Assembly: GCF_006345805.1 (NCBI RefSeq)
Contig: NC_043024.1
Coordinates: 12,710,001 to 12,774,000 of the forward strand
DNA: 64,000 nucleotides
Origin: Octopus sinensis
Taxonomy: Eukaryota
Reading direction: 5' to 3'
The translations under genes were made by a program, and so were the position numbers. The notes beneath the pieces were generated by a model. That model saw nothing but the letters and a program-made list of their open reading frames with translations. It did no database searches and was not told where the DNA came from. Positions 1-12,131 of the stretch are shown piece by piece (position 1 is the first letter of the stretch; every line of letters starts with the position of its first letter).

Positions 1-105
1 GGCTTTAGTAGAAGAATTTTACCCAAGGGGCCACGCAGTGGGACTGAACCCGGAACCATGTGGCTGGTAAGCAAGCTACTTACCACACAGCCACTCCTGC
101 GCCTA
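1..105 (-). mobile_element. SINE family B, tRNA-like 5' head (cut by window edge)
   Basis: Reverse complement reads ATAGGCGCAGGAGTGGCTGTGTGGTAAG...GGTTCAGTCCCACTGCGTGG (A-box/B-box-like); near-identical to heads at 11340-11447 and 63855-63933. Confidence 0.85.
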
Positions 106-559
106 TATAATATATGTATTATTAATTTGCCTGTAAGGTTGGTATTCGCTTGCCACTAGTGAAGGCCTTTTGATAATACCAGCGTTCTCATATTTACTTA
201 TATATATATGTGTATACATATGTATATATGCATGTAGTCTCTCTCTTTTTCTGTCTCTCCCTCTCTCACACACGCACGCACACGCTCTCCCTCACACGTA
301 TCTCCGTACCAGAAAAATAGACGACATTGCATATTTCCCCATTAACTACCATATGTCATTTGCCATACATTTAACATTCTTTACCATTCTCTTAAATCTG
401 TCTCAATTTCACATACTTCAATTATTTACCTATTACCATAATTTCTTCGAAATGTTCTATTCTCCCACAAATTCTACTGAAGTTCTACAATAATAATAAT
501 GATCATGATGATGATGATAACAGAAGGGGCTACACAATCAATTCGATGCAGTCAAAACA

Positions 560-905
560 GATGTTGCTTGAAAAATTTGAGGGATTGGCTGAAGTAAGAA
601 ACCCTAAAAAATTATAAAATAGACCAAAAGCAGAATATTGGCAGCGTAAGACGAAGCTTTGGTCAGGAGCTGATGTGTGAATCTCAGGAATGAACAAATG
701 TCTGCGCTGTGCCGCATCTGTTACAGTGTGGACGAAACCATTGTCCATGTCATGAACGAATGGCCTAGACTTGTCCAAAATCCACTACAAGTTGTGGCGA
801 CACGATCAGGTAGCTAAAGTGCTACATTGGTAACTGCTACAAGTGGGGGCTAGAGAGGGGCAAAACGGGGTATGAGCACAAACCGTAGAGAGTGGCGGAG
901 TCGGA
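560..905 (+). pseudogene. Decayed R4/Dong-type non-LTR retrotransposon fragment (CCHC zinc knuckle and start of restriction-like endonuclease region)
   Basis: From 707 manual translation gives LCRICYSVDETIVHVMNEWPRLVQN, then after frameshifts HYKLWRHDQVAKVLHW*L and YEHKP*RVAESE; matches the CRxC-ETIxH-CP / RHDxVA-HW / WYEHxP pattern of RLE-type LINEs. Confidence 0.8.
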
Positions 906-1195
906 GATTAGCCCTTGCTCTCTTATTCTGAGCAGATGAAGGCTGTTTTTCAGAAGCGCAATGGAGCAATGCTTGCGTGAAGGACGATAGAGAGGAGACG
1001 GTTAATTTATGACAGCGGAAAATAGGAAATACTACAGAAATCCTTTTTCAGTTACTAAAAATAACGATTATATTAATCTGGTCGGATTGGCTGGTCTACA
1101 AATTATTTAGCGATATGTTCCTCTGGAAATAAGTGTAATTCTGATAAATTTAAATATAAAAAGACACAATACGCATATTAAATTATGCAAGCATG

Positions 1196-1293
1196 CATAC
1201 ATACATACATACATACATACATACATACGTACGTACGTACATACATACATACATACATACATACATACATACATGCATACATACGTACGTACA
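1196..1293. repeat. (TACA)n microsatellite
   Basis: Direct reading; source of MYVC ORFs. Confidence 0.95.
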
Positions 1294-1424
1294 TAAAACA
1301 AAAATACCGTTGTTGATGTTGAAATTCCAATGAATGAGCCTCGGATCTAGGTTAGAAACCGGTTCTTTCTCTATTGGCAAGAAATCTTGAAGTAAACTGA
1401 ATAATGACATACATGCGTTCATTA

Positions 1425-1596
1425 TATATATATATTTTTTATATATATTTTATTTTTTATTTTTTATTTTTTATTTTTTATATTCCTTTTTTTAATATTT
1501 TTTTTAATTCTTTTTTATATTCTTTTTTAATTTTTTTTTTTATTTTTTTATTATTTTTTATTTTTTATTATTTTATTTTTTTATTATTTTATTTTT

Positions 1597-1637
<41 letters not shown>

Positions 1638-1745
1638 ATTTTTTTATTTTTTATATTCTTTATTTTATTTTTTATTTTTTATTTTTTATTTTTTATTTTT
1701 TATATTTTATATTTTATTTTTTATTTTTTATTTTTTATTTATTCT
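1425..1745. repeat. T-rich low-complexity tract (TTTTA-like) with embedded (TA)n
   Basis: Direct reading. Confidence 0.9.
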
Positions 1746-1749
1746 CCTA

Positions 1750-2010
1750 TCTAATTTAACACTGACTCCTTGACCACTCCCCCAAGTATGATTTTTTGCG
1801 CTATGCCTACCCCCAAAAGTCCCCCACCAACACCCCTTTAACCTGCCTAAATGTATAAATGCCAATACATTCTTGTTAACTAGCTTCCTGAGATTTCTCT
1901 TGAATGAAACAGTTCTAGTCCTGTAGAAGCTCCTTCTATATAATAAATTAATTTTACTCTGCTATGTATTGAGTACCTTATTTACTGTGGTTAACCCCGA
2001 TCAACCCGGA
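1750..2010 (+). mobile_element. Probable Penelope-like terminal repeat (pLTR) containing a hammerhead-like fold
   Basis: Unique island between microsatellites with TATAAA-like motif (~1854), hammerhead-like fold at 1882-1931 and AATAAA (~1942) just downstream. Confidence 0.5.
1882..1931 (+). ncRNA. Type I hammerhead ribozyme-like motif (core lacks N7)
   Basis: AGCTTC-CTGAGA-T-TTC(TCTT)GAA-T-GAA-ACAG(TTCTAGTC)CTGT-A-GAAGCT: 6-bp stem I, 4-bp stem III, GUA cleavage triplet. Confidence 0.55.
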
Positions 2011-2018
2011 CATACATA

Positions 2019-2050
<32 letters not shown>

Positions 2051-3017
2051 CATATATATTATATATATATACATAACATATTTTATATATATATACATAT
2101 ACATATTTATATATATATACATATACATATTTATATATATATACATATACATATTTATATATACAATATATATATATACATATATATATATATACATATA
2201 CATATTTATATATATATATATATACATATTTATATATATATACATATACATATTTATATATATATACATATTTATATATATATACACATATTTATATATA
2301 TTACATATTTATATATATATAAATATTTATATATATACACATTTCTTATATACATATACATATTTATATATATACACATATTATATATATACTATACTTA
2401 TATATATATATACATATTTATATATATATACATATTTATCTATATTACATATTTATATATATACATATTATATCTTAACATATTTTATATATATATACAT
2501 ATATATATATACATATTTATATATATACATATTTATATATACAATATATATTATATATACATATATATATTTATATATATATACTATATTATATTTATAT
2601 ATACATATTTTATATATACATATTTATATAATATATATATTTATATATACATATATATATCTATATATATATATATATATATTTATATAAAATTTTTTTA
2701 TATATATAGGATATATATATATTATATATACATATTATATTTATATATACATATATTATATATATTATTATACATATATATAGTTATATATATATATATA
2801 TATATCTATTTTATAATACATATTTTTTTATATATACAATATATATATTATATTTTTTTATATATACATATATATATATATATATTTTTATATTATACAT
2901 ATATATATATATATTTTTTTTTATAATAATATTATTTATTATATATTTATATATATATATATATATATTTTTTATATATACATATATATATATATATTTT
3001 TTTATATATACATACAT

Positions 3018-3075
<58 letters not shown>
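2010..3075. repeat. ~1.07-kb degenerate (TA)n tract
   Basis: Direct reading. Confidence 0.95.
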
Positions 3076-3904
3076 TACATAAAAACTTATATTTATGTAA
3101 GTATATGTATACATATTACCACATGCTTATACACACGCACACACACGGTGGTTTTACCTCTTTTCTATAGACATAGAAGTTTGTCAAACTGTAAAGTTTG
3201 AATAAAAACCATTGCATATATATTCGTAAGTTTTCATCCAGAACATTCTAGTAAATCTCACTTAATCATATGGTTCTGCGGTTTTAAAGAGAGCCAAAAA
3301 GTATTTCATGAAATTGCAACATGTATATAACTTCTCGGAACTGACATTCAAATAATCGTCATAAATGTTTAAGATAAAAAGAAAAAAACTGTTTTTAAAC
3401 TTTTTCATTAGAACCGTCTAATTTGTCCATTTCTTTTCGCTTTCATTCCTCCCGGAATGTAAAGAAGAGTATTCACTGGATATCGAATTTAGACTCACAC
3501 TTGCTTTAGAAAGTTTTGTGACATTGCTATTTTTCTGTGCTTCTGAAGGGAGTAGAAAGAGTGAAATAACGACGTTTCAAATTTCCCCGCATCGTGGCTC
3601 CTTAATATTTATTCACGGCTTTGACTGGTGGAAACGATCTGCGCGTCGAAGATAATTGCTTCGGCTTTGCCCGACTGATCGTGAGAACACAGTCTTATAT
3701 TACATACACATGTATATGTATGTCTGTGTGTTTACGTGTGTGCCTGTGTATGCGTATATATATATATATATCTATATATATATATATATATATTATAATT
3801 ATTATTATATATATATGTATGTATAAGTTATAAAGTGTCTTTTATTGATTATTTTTTATTATATTTTCATATATTCTGTAAACAAAGATTTACCTGTTTA
3901 TACG

Positions 3905-3967
<63 letters not shown>

Positions 3968-4210
3968 GTCTACCTACCTATCTACCTATCTATCTATCTA
4001 CCTACCTATCTACCTATCTATCTATCTGTGTGTCATTCTCTCACCTCCTATATATATATATATATATATATATTTATACGCACATACATACACATATATA
4101 AATATTATAGAGTACGAGAAAGAGACAGAGAGAGAGAGAGAGAGAAAGAAAGAAAGAAAGAGGCGGAGAAATAAAGGAAGAAAGAGAGAGAGAGTGAGAG
4201 AGAGAGCGGG
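3905..4210. repeat. (TCTA)n, (TA)n and (GA)n microsatellite cluster
   Basis: Direct reading. Confidence 0.9.
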
Positions 4211-4379
4211 GGGGATAAGGGAGGGTTGCAATGCTTTATTGGCAAAACTAATGATGAAGTGGAAGCGATTGAAGTCTGACATCTTATAAATTATTTTTTA
4301 CAGCATCAACGTCAATTATATTCAAATCTTTGTGGTGGTGTTCCAGTCTATCAGTTGCGACTTATGGAGAATGCCTTAT

Positions 4380-4640
4380 CACCTCGCTAGAAATAACAGC
4401 CAAATTACTCTTAAATCGCTACCTACTCTCTTGGGAAATAAACATATTCATATGCTGTCATAGATAACACTACACCCAAGAAATCAGAACGTATATGTCG
4501 TGATGGTCAAAGCTGGAAGGGCTTTGCAGTAATACATTCAAACAGGACTGACCTGGATCCAAACACAGAAAACACCATAAGAATTGTCCTATACGAGGTT
4601 GTTTGAACTCCTAGAAATAACAGTCAAATGTCGCTCTTAT
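4380..4640. repeat. Old dispersed repeat family (CTAGAAATAACAGCCAAAT and ATGATCAAAGGCATTCCAGCCATGAC motifs)
   Basis: CTAGAAATAACAG motif twice here; diverged relatives at ~26340-26380 (-), ~26680-26715, ~32075-32130, ~32775-32810 and ~43375-43395. Origin unknown. Confidence 0.45.
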
Positions 4641-4676
4641 TGTCATAAAAATACAAAATCATAGGATAATTTAGTT

Positions 4677-5222
4677 TCAGATGTAATGAACTTTAAAAAT
4701 AAGCTGTTCCGTTACTGAGTATGATTTCTTGTTTTCGTGCTTTAAAACAAGTTTTAACATCCAGCCATCAGAGTTTTTCAGGTAGGTGTTGAGGCCAATT
4801 GTGGTAATCTTCATTGTTAATTCCAGTTGTAAAAGTCCCCGGCCTCCCTCTTTTCTTGGCAGGTAAAGTCGCTGTGTATTTTCCTTAGGGTGGTGCATTC
4901 TATGCATTGTCAACAGTTTTCGTATTTTTTTGTCAAGATTAAATATTTCAGTAATTGACCAGTTAATGATATTGAAACTGTAAGTCACGACTGGTATGGC
5001 TAAACTATTGATCGCTTCGATCCTGTTTCTTACATTCAGCTCTGTCTTGAGTATTGCCCTTACCCTACAATAACATTCTCTTCTGATCCTTTCCCCCTTC
5101 ATTGAATGTTTGATTCCATAACCTTCAAGTACCCCTAGGTATTTGTAGCCCTCAGCTGGTTCTAACTCCTTTATGACATTCTGCTGGTCAAGACTAACGT
5201 TGGATGTTTCTATCACTTTTCC
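4677..5222 (-). pseudogene. R4/Dong-type non-LTR retrotransposon reverse transcriptase fragment (C-terminal RT and thumb)
   Basis: 179-aa ORF with YKYLGVLE, ELNVRNRIEAINSLAIPVVTYSF and RLYLPRKEGGRGL, motifs typical of R4/Dong RTs; truncated at both ends. Confidence 0.9.
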
Positions 5223-5225
5223 TTT

Positions 5226-5257
<32 letters not shown>

Positions 5258-5269
5258 ATTATTATTATT

Positions 5270-5664
5270 GTGGTGAGCTGGCAGAAACGTTAGCACGCCG
5301 GGCGAAAAGCTTAGCGGTATTTCGCCTGCCGCTGCGTTCTGAGTTCAAATTCCGCCCAGGTCAACTTTGCTTTTCATCTTTCCGGGATCGATTAAATAAG
5401 TACCAGTTACGCACTGCGGTCGATATAATCAACTTAACCAGTTTTTCTGTCCTTGTTTGTCCTCTCTGTGTTTAGCTCCTTGTGTGTAGTATAGAAATAG
5501 GTATTTCGCCTGTCTTCACGTTCTGGGTTCAAATTCCGACGACGTCGACTTTGCCTTTCATCCTTTTGGGGTCAATAAAATTAGTTCCAGTTACACACTG
5601 GGGTCGATGCAATCCATCTAATCCCTTCCTCCAAATTTGAGGTCTTGTGCTTCCAGTAGAAAGG
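5270..5664 (+). mobile_element. SINE family A, tandem dimer with two different tails
   Basis: Head GAGCTGGCAGAAACGTTAGCACG, B-box GAGTTCAAATTCC, core TTGCCTTTCATCCTTTCGGGGTCGATAAATTAAGTACCAG (resembles the Meta/MESC SINE core, from memory); second unit restarts at GGTATTTCG (5500); flanked by (ATT)n. Confidence 0.9.
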
Positions 5665-5701
<37 letters not shown>

Positions 5702-5702
<1 letters not shown>

Positions 5703-5855
5703 GACAGTGAGCTAGTAGCATCGTTAGCACGAAAAGAAAATTTCTTCACATTTTGAGTTCAAATTCCGCGGAAGTCGACTTTGCCTTTCATCCTTTCGGG
5801 GTCGATAAATTAAGTACCAGTTGCACCCTGGGGTCGATCTATTCGACTGGCGCAC
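5702..5855 (+). mobile_element. SINE family A, diverged partial copy
   Basis: GAGTTCAAATTCCGCGGAAGTCGACTTTGCCTTTCATCCTTTCGGGGTCGATAAATTAAGTACCAG. Confidence 0.85.
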
Positions 5856-6044
5856 TCCGATGTCATTAAATGTCATTGCGTTTAGCGAGATAAAAGCTAG
5901 ACTGTATATACTAAGAAATCATTGATTCTATAAAGGTAAATAAATAATTATATTCAAGCAATGACCACAACCGTATCAACTACAAATATATATATATATA
6001 TATATATATAGATATGATATATATATATATCTAGGATATAGGAC

Positions 6045-6144
6045 NNNNNNNNNNNNNNNNNNNNNNNNNNNNNNNNNNNNNNNNNNNNNNNNNNNNNNNN
6101 NNNNNNNNNNNNNNNNNNNNNNNNNNNNNNNNNNNNNNNNNNNN
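6045..6144. other. Assembly gap (100 N)
   Basis: Run of exactly 100 N; true distance across the gap unknown. Confidence 1.
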
Positions 6145-6785
6145 AAACGGGTTGGGGCACAAACCCAAACAGGAAAGCACACACCTCACACACACTTTCC
6201 GCCTATAACCTATAAAGTTTAGTCAGAAGGCTTTGCTGTGCATTGTGATTGAATTTCGTTTTAAGCTGTAGTCAAGAAAATAGACAGAGAAAGAAGGAGA
6301 CAATTATTGAAGGAGAGGTGACGTTGGACGACGGGAGAGAAAGGAGGTGAAGTGAAGAGAAAGAAGCATGCTAGTAAAATATGAATGGAGAATGTTGTTA
6401 AGAGAAAGGGGGAAAAACGAGAAAGAAATTATGAAGGACAAATGAGAGGGTCACTTGGTCAGGATGGGGTGTTTGAGTTTCTACCTGAAGAGGCCATGAA
6501 ACTAATTGATGAGTTTGCTGATTTAGAGAAAGATCAAAGAAAATATATTTAAAACAAACAGGAAATAAAATAAAAAAAATATAAAGAATGTCATTTGATG
6601 ATGACTTAGTTTAATATTAGTGTTTTCTGTGTGTGTAAATACGAAGGGAGCCACGAGGAAGATAAATGAAATACAAAAATATAAGAATGATCAAAAGAGT
6701 AAAGACAAAACTATTACATACCTGAAAGCAAATTTTAAAAGTGTCTAGGTAATGTAGCTTAATGTAAATATATATATATATATAA

Positions 6786-7193
6786 GGGCGACGTGCTGGC
6801 AGAGTCGTTAGCACGCCGGGCGAAATGCTTATCGGTATTTCGTCTGCCCCTACGTTCTGAGTTCAAATTCCGCCGAGGTCGACTTTACCTTTCATTCTTT
6901 CGGGGTCTATTAAATAAGTACCAGTTACGCACTGGGTCGATATAATCGACTTAATACCTATGTCTGTCCTTGTTTGACCCCTTTGTGTTTAGCCCCTTGT
7001 AGGTTGTAAAGAAATAGGTATTTCGTCTGTCTTTACGTTCCGAGTTCAAATTCCACCGAGGTCGACTTTGCCTTTCATCCTTTCGGGGTCGATTAAATAA
7101 GTACCAGTCACGCACTGGAGCCGATGTAATCGACAATCCGTTTGTCTGTTCTTGTTTGTCCCCTCTGTGTTTAGCCCCCTATGGGCAATAAAG
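6786..7193 (+). mobile_element. SINE family A, tandem dimer
   Basis: Head plus two ~183-bp units (GGTATTTCG at 6834 and 7017); sits in (TA)n. Confidence 0.92.
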
Positions 7194-7202
7194 TATTATA
7201 TA

Positions 7203-7725
7203 TATAAGGGGAATTCACAAAAGTGAGTCTGTGAATGTAAAACCAAACAACCTTTTACATACAAAGAAGCGGATTATAGGAGGTCGATTTTATGGTAGGA
7301 AGAAAACGTTTAGAAAAATCAATGATGGAAAAAGTTATTACATCACACAGTTTATTAAGGAGAACGTCTTTGTACTCGCATCTTATCTCAAAGCATCTTC
7401 TGTAATGCGACCATTGCGACAGTCTTCCAGTTTTTACGATAGACTAGAAGCTGATATATGGCATTCTATTGTCCTTGAAATAATGGATATAATTTAACAG
7501 ATTTGCGCCGAATGTTAGAGAACGAGCTAAGATGAGCCAAGTAACACTTATTCAAATCGGTAGAAGAACCTTTATAGATGTTGATGGGATTTTGAGGCAT
7601 TGTAGTGAGATCCAAATTGTAAACGTTATTACATCGCGTACAATGAGAGTTCAAACGGAAATTATTGACCTTTGTACAATTACACTTCTTATTATTACAG
7701 GTTAAAATCGGTGCAAAATTTATAC
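7203..7725 (-). pseudogene. Penelope-like element 3' fragment: decayed GIY-YIG endonuclease and 3' end
   Basis: ORF 7466-7741: CNCTKVNNFRLNSHCTRCNNVY...IYKGSS...YLAHLSSFSN resembles the CNC-CPL-C-NVIY / YIGST / HxSSF pattern of PLE GIY-YIG domains; later frame contains LLNK; ends in (TA)n. Confidence 0.65.
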
Positions 7726-7953
7726 ATACATAAATATACAAAACACAGGTGTATGTGCGCGCACATACACCTGTATATGCATAAATGTATGAATTAACAG
7801 GTATAGATTCATATCTGTATGGATGCGTGGATGTGGATCTACTCAGAGAAGCATAAATGTTTGCTTTTGTTTGAATATAATGCAGATATCATACGATATC
7901 TGTTTTAAGTATGTACATACATATGCATTTTTTGTATGTGTGTGTATATATAC

Positions 7954-8142
7954 ATAGTGAGAATTTACAAAAAAAAAAAAAAGAGAGAAACGAAGACGCG
8001 TGTGTAAACAATGAATACATGTATTAGTTTAACGCTCGGGAAGTGAGAAAGTCTTTTATATTTCGAGCCTACGCTCTTCGACAGAAAGGAACACGAAGAA
8101 ATAAACAGAAAGAGAAAATAAAAGAAAGGTTTAGTGGCTACA
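7954..8142 (-). mobile_element. Short Penelope-type element family D with minimal hammerhead-like motif (8052-8089)
   Basis: Homologous to 17482-17700 and 40199-40490; minus strand CCTTT-CTGTCGA-A-GAGC(GTAG)GCTC-GAAA-TA-TA-AAAGA. Confidence 0.7.
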
Positions 8143-9272
8143 CACACATCTATGTCTTTAGCTATTTAAGTATCTGGATAATTAGATAGATATAAATTCA
8201 TATATTCGTCCCTGCATCTGAACATACATACATACGTCCATATAAACAGAGGCACGGTGTCACATATACACAATGCATGTGCAACCTTACAGATGCAGAA
8301 ATATATACGACAGGCTTCTGAATAGTTTGCTGTAATATATTCTACAAAAAAGAAACGGTTGGGTTTTCAGCAGATTCAGAAGAAGCCATTTGTCCAGTGT
8401 CCGAATTTACCGCCAAGAAGAATAAACTCAAAACTCCTTCGTTCCAAAGAGAATTTCTTAGCTACACGGCAACGAATGCGTTGCTCTTTCTCTTCTCATC
8501 TCTCTCTCTGTTTCTCTGTCACTCTTTCTGTCTTTGTGTCTCTGTCTCTCTCCATGCCTCTCTTCCCCTGCCTCTCCCTCTCTTTCTTTTTATCTGAGCG
8601 TGTGTGAGTATAGGTATGTAGGTGTGCATATATATATATATATTATATATGTGTGTGTGTGTGTGTGTGGTATTTGTGTGTGCCTGTGTTTGTGTGTGTG
8701 CGTGTGTGTTTACAAAAGATACGTGTCCGCCTCTTAGTATACACACACATACCTGCATATATATATGTGTGTGTGTGTGTATCACTATATATATGCACGT
8801 ATATATATATATATATGCATGTATATATATATATGCATGTATATATATGCATGTATATATATATATATATGATGTGTGTGTGTGTGTGTATGAGAAACCG
8901 AACGAAAATACATCAATAAACGAAGCACAGACACAAACAAAATAAAACAGAAAAAGCGAAAAACCTCCAAAAACAGTCAAAACAACATAAACAAGACGTA
9001 AAATAAATCTGAGATTGATATTATCTATTTAAAAGTTGTCTGGGGATAGCGAATGGAGCGGGGGGATGAGGGAGGCGGATCGGTGGGAGTAGAAGCAGAT
9101 GAGTAACCGTCGGATGGGGGGGGGGAAGAAGGATATTAGTGGGAGGGTTGGGTGAGTGAGTGAGTGGGGGAAGAAAATCATTTTATCTGTTTCTCTCTTG
9201 ATTTTTTTTACGAGATACTTGTTAATTATTTTCTTGCTTGTTTATGAATTCTAAAACTAGTGATTATTGTTT

Positions 9273-9339
<67 letters not shown>

Positions 9340-9628
9340 ATGGTGAAGCGGAGCGGGGTGGGGGTCGGTTGTAAGAAAGCACCGGTTGAAGAGATATATA
9401 CTTGGTGGACGATGTGCTGGTGGTGGTGGTGGGGGTCATGGGTGGAATGCGGTGGCTAGAGGTCAATTCGAACTCATCTCCAACTCTCTCACTACCGCTC
9501 CACCACTCACACACTGTGATATTTAATTTGCTGACACCAAACGGAAATTCGGAATGAATAAATGTAGAAATACAGAAGAGAAATATCTAATGAAAAGGAA
9601 AGAAAATAATTATTAATATATATGTGTG

Positions 9629-9659
<31 letters not shown>

Positions 9660-9801
9660 CATACATACACCCATGTATGTGTGTGTGTATATATATATAT
9701 ATACACACACATACACCCATGTATGTGTGTGTGTATATATATATATATATACACACACATACACCCATATATGTATATATATATATATATATATATACCC
9801 A

Positions 9802-9835
<34 letters not shown>

Positions 9836-9839
9836 CCCA

Positions 9840-9870
<31 letters not shown>

Positions 9871-10288
9871 GAATATGTATGAATGTGGATGTATACATAC
9901 ATGTAGACACACCTGTATTTTTCTTAAATGTATGTGGCATATATATTCTTTATGAATGTGTATATATTTGTGATCTAACACAGACACACAGACGTTTCCG
10001 CAGTCCTTCACTTATTGTTCTGGTGTTTGTGTTTCTGCGTACTTTCATACTTGTTGAGGGCCAGTGGGTTTTGTTAGCCCCATATCTTATCTTTTCGGTT
10101 AAGGTACATCAAGCAAATAAATGCCAAACTTAAGATAGGAATCGATTTAACCAACTCAACATTTAGACATGGGACTGTAGAATGGCCGCAATTCAGTGAC
10201 TGATATCAGGAAATTAGTAAAAGGATAATTCATTGAGATTTCCATCTTCCGTCTCTCTCATTAACCAAGTATATGTATTTAGATAAAA

Positions 10289-10700
10289 GGCGGCGAGCTG
10301 GCAGAAGCGTTAGTATGTCGGGCGAAATGCTCAGCGGTATTTCGTCTGCAGTTACGTTCTGAGTTCAAATTCCGCCGAGGTCGACTTTGCCTGTCATCCT
10401 TTCGGGGTCGATAAATAAAGTACCAGTTACGCACTGGGGTCTATGTAATCGACTTAATCCGTTTATGTCCTTGTTTGTCCCCTCTATGTTTAGCCCCTTC
10501 TGGGTAGTAAAGAAATAGGTATTTCGTCTGCCGTTACGTTCTGAGTTCAAATTCCGCCGAGGTCGACTTTGCCTGTCATCTTTCGAGGTCGATAAATAAA
10601 GTACCAGTTACGCACTGGGGTCGATGTAATCGACTTAATCCGTTTGTCTGTCCTTGTTTGTCCCCTCTGTGTTTAGCCCCTTGTGGGCTATAAAGAAATA
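10289..10700 (+). mobile_element. SINE family A, tandem dimer
   Basis: GGTATTTCG at 10336 and 10518; approximate TSD TATATGTATT(T)AGATA on both flanks. Confidence 0.92.
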
Positions 10701-11010
10701 TATATGTATTAGATAGAGATAGAGTGATAGATAGATAGATAGATTGAGAGAGAGAGAGAGAGAAAGAGAGAAGGGAGACGGGGGAGAGTTACATAGAGTG
10801 TTGAGAGAAAATATTAGCATATTGAGAAAAATGAAAAAAATCTAAGGAAAATAACCCCGTGTGTCATCTGCTTGGATTTAGATAATTCTCATGCGGCCTC
10901 GATGCAGTGAATGAAGTAAGCCATACAATAGTGACGTAATAACAATTTGCCATTTAATTGGAGACGGAAGGCAAAATGGCGGCAGTAATTGCTTAGGATT
11001 CCCAAAGAAA

Positions 11011-11227
11011 TACTCTCTTACTCTTTTACTTGTTTCAGTCCTTTGACTGTGGCCATGCTGGAGCACCGCCTTTGGTCGAGCAGATCGACCCCAGGACTTA
11101 TTCTTTGTAAGCCCAGTACTTATGCTATCAGTCTCTTTTGCCGAACTGCTAAGTGACAAAGACGTAAACACACCAGCATCGGTTGTCAAGCAATGCTAGG
11201 GGGACAAACACAGACAAACAAACATAT

Positions 11228-11277
<50 letters not shown>

Positions 11278-11447
11278 ACATACGACAGGCTTCTTTCAGT
11301 TTCCGTCTACCAAATCCACTCACAAGGCATTGGTCGGCCCAGGGCTATAGCAGAAGACACTTGCCCAAGATGCCACGCAGTGGGACTGAACCCGGAACCG
11401 TGTGGTTGGTTAGCATTCTACTTACCACACAGCCACTCCTGCGCCTA
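11011..11447 (-). mobile_element. SINE family B, full-length, with internal (TA)n(TG)n microsatellite
   Basis: tRNA-like head, CTTGGGCAAGTGTCTTC, internal microsatellite ~11225-11282, 3' half ending in short (GTAAAAGA)-type repeats. Confidence 0.92.
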
Positions 11448-12131
11448 TATAGGGATAAATATTAGTGTGTGTGTGTGTGTGTGAGTGTATATATGTATAT
11501 ATGTGTGTGCATATATGATTGTATGAGAAATCATGAATGTATATGATCGTATAAATATAACATGTATTTATATCAATAAACACTTATACACTATATATAT
11601 ATTTATGAATGTATATATGTAGACATACATACGTGTGTGTATTATATATGTATACACATACACGTATTCCCATGCAAGTGTACACCCACGTGTTGACATC
11701 CGTTCACACATCCACGCATGTATCGTGTAATACTGATTACAATTTTAAAGGGAATTATACGGAAAGCGATACAAACATTTAAATTGATTTCCAGTTGAGA
11801 CATTATAAATAGCCTTGTATCAAGTCATTAAGTCTTTTGCTTGAATGGCTAAGCCAGGCGAGGCTACCAATCATGTTTTCTGAATCTCTCGACTGTCTCC
11901 TTCTGGATGTCACTATCACATTGTTTAATTTATTACCATGTTCAGTTAGTATTTCGAAGAGACCATCTGCACAAAATTAGCTGTAAGATTAAAATGGAAT
12001 TAGATGCGTAAAATCACCAACTGCAGCATCTCAGACACAATCGCTGTTGTTTAAATGCTTCTATTGGAATGGTTGTTATATTTACTGCAATTATAGCTCC
12101 CGTGTTCGTATCCAATCAAAACATTTGTATT

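Noticed and set aside
1327-1377. SECIS element (ATGAA...AGAA quartet-like)
   Set aside because: The stem above the putative quartet is only ~6 bp with no apical AA loop, too short for a eukaryotic SECIS.
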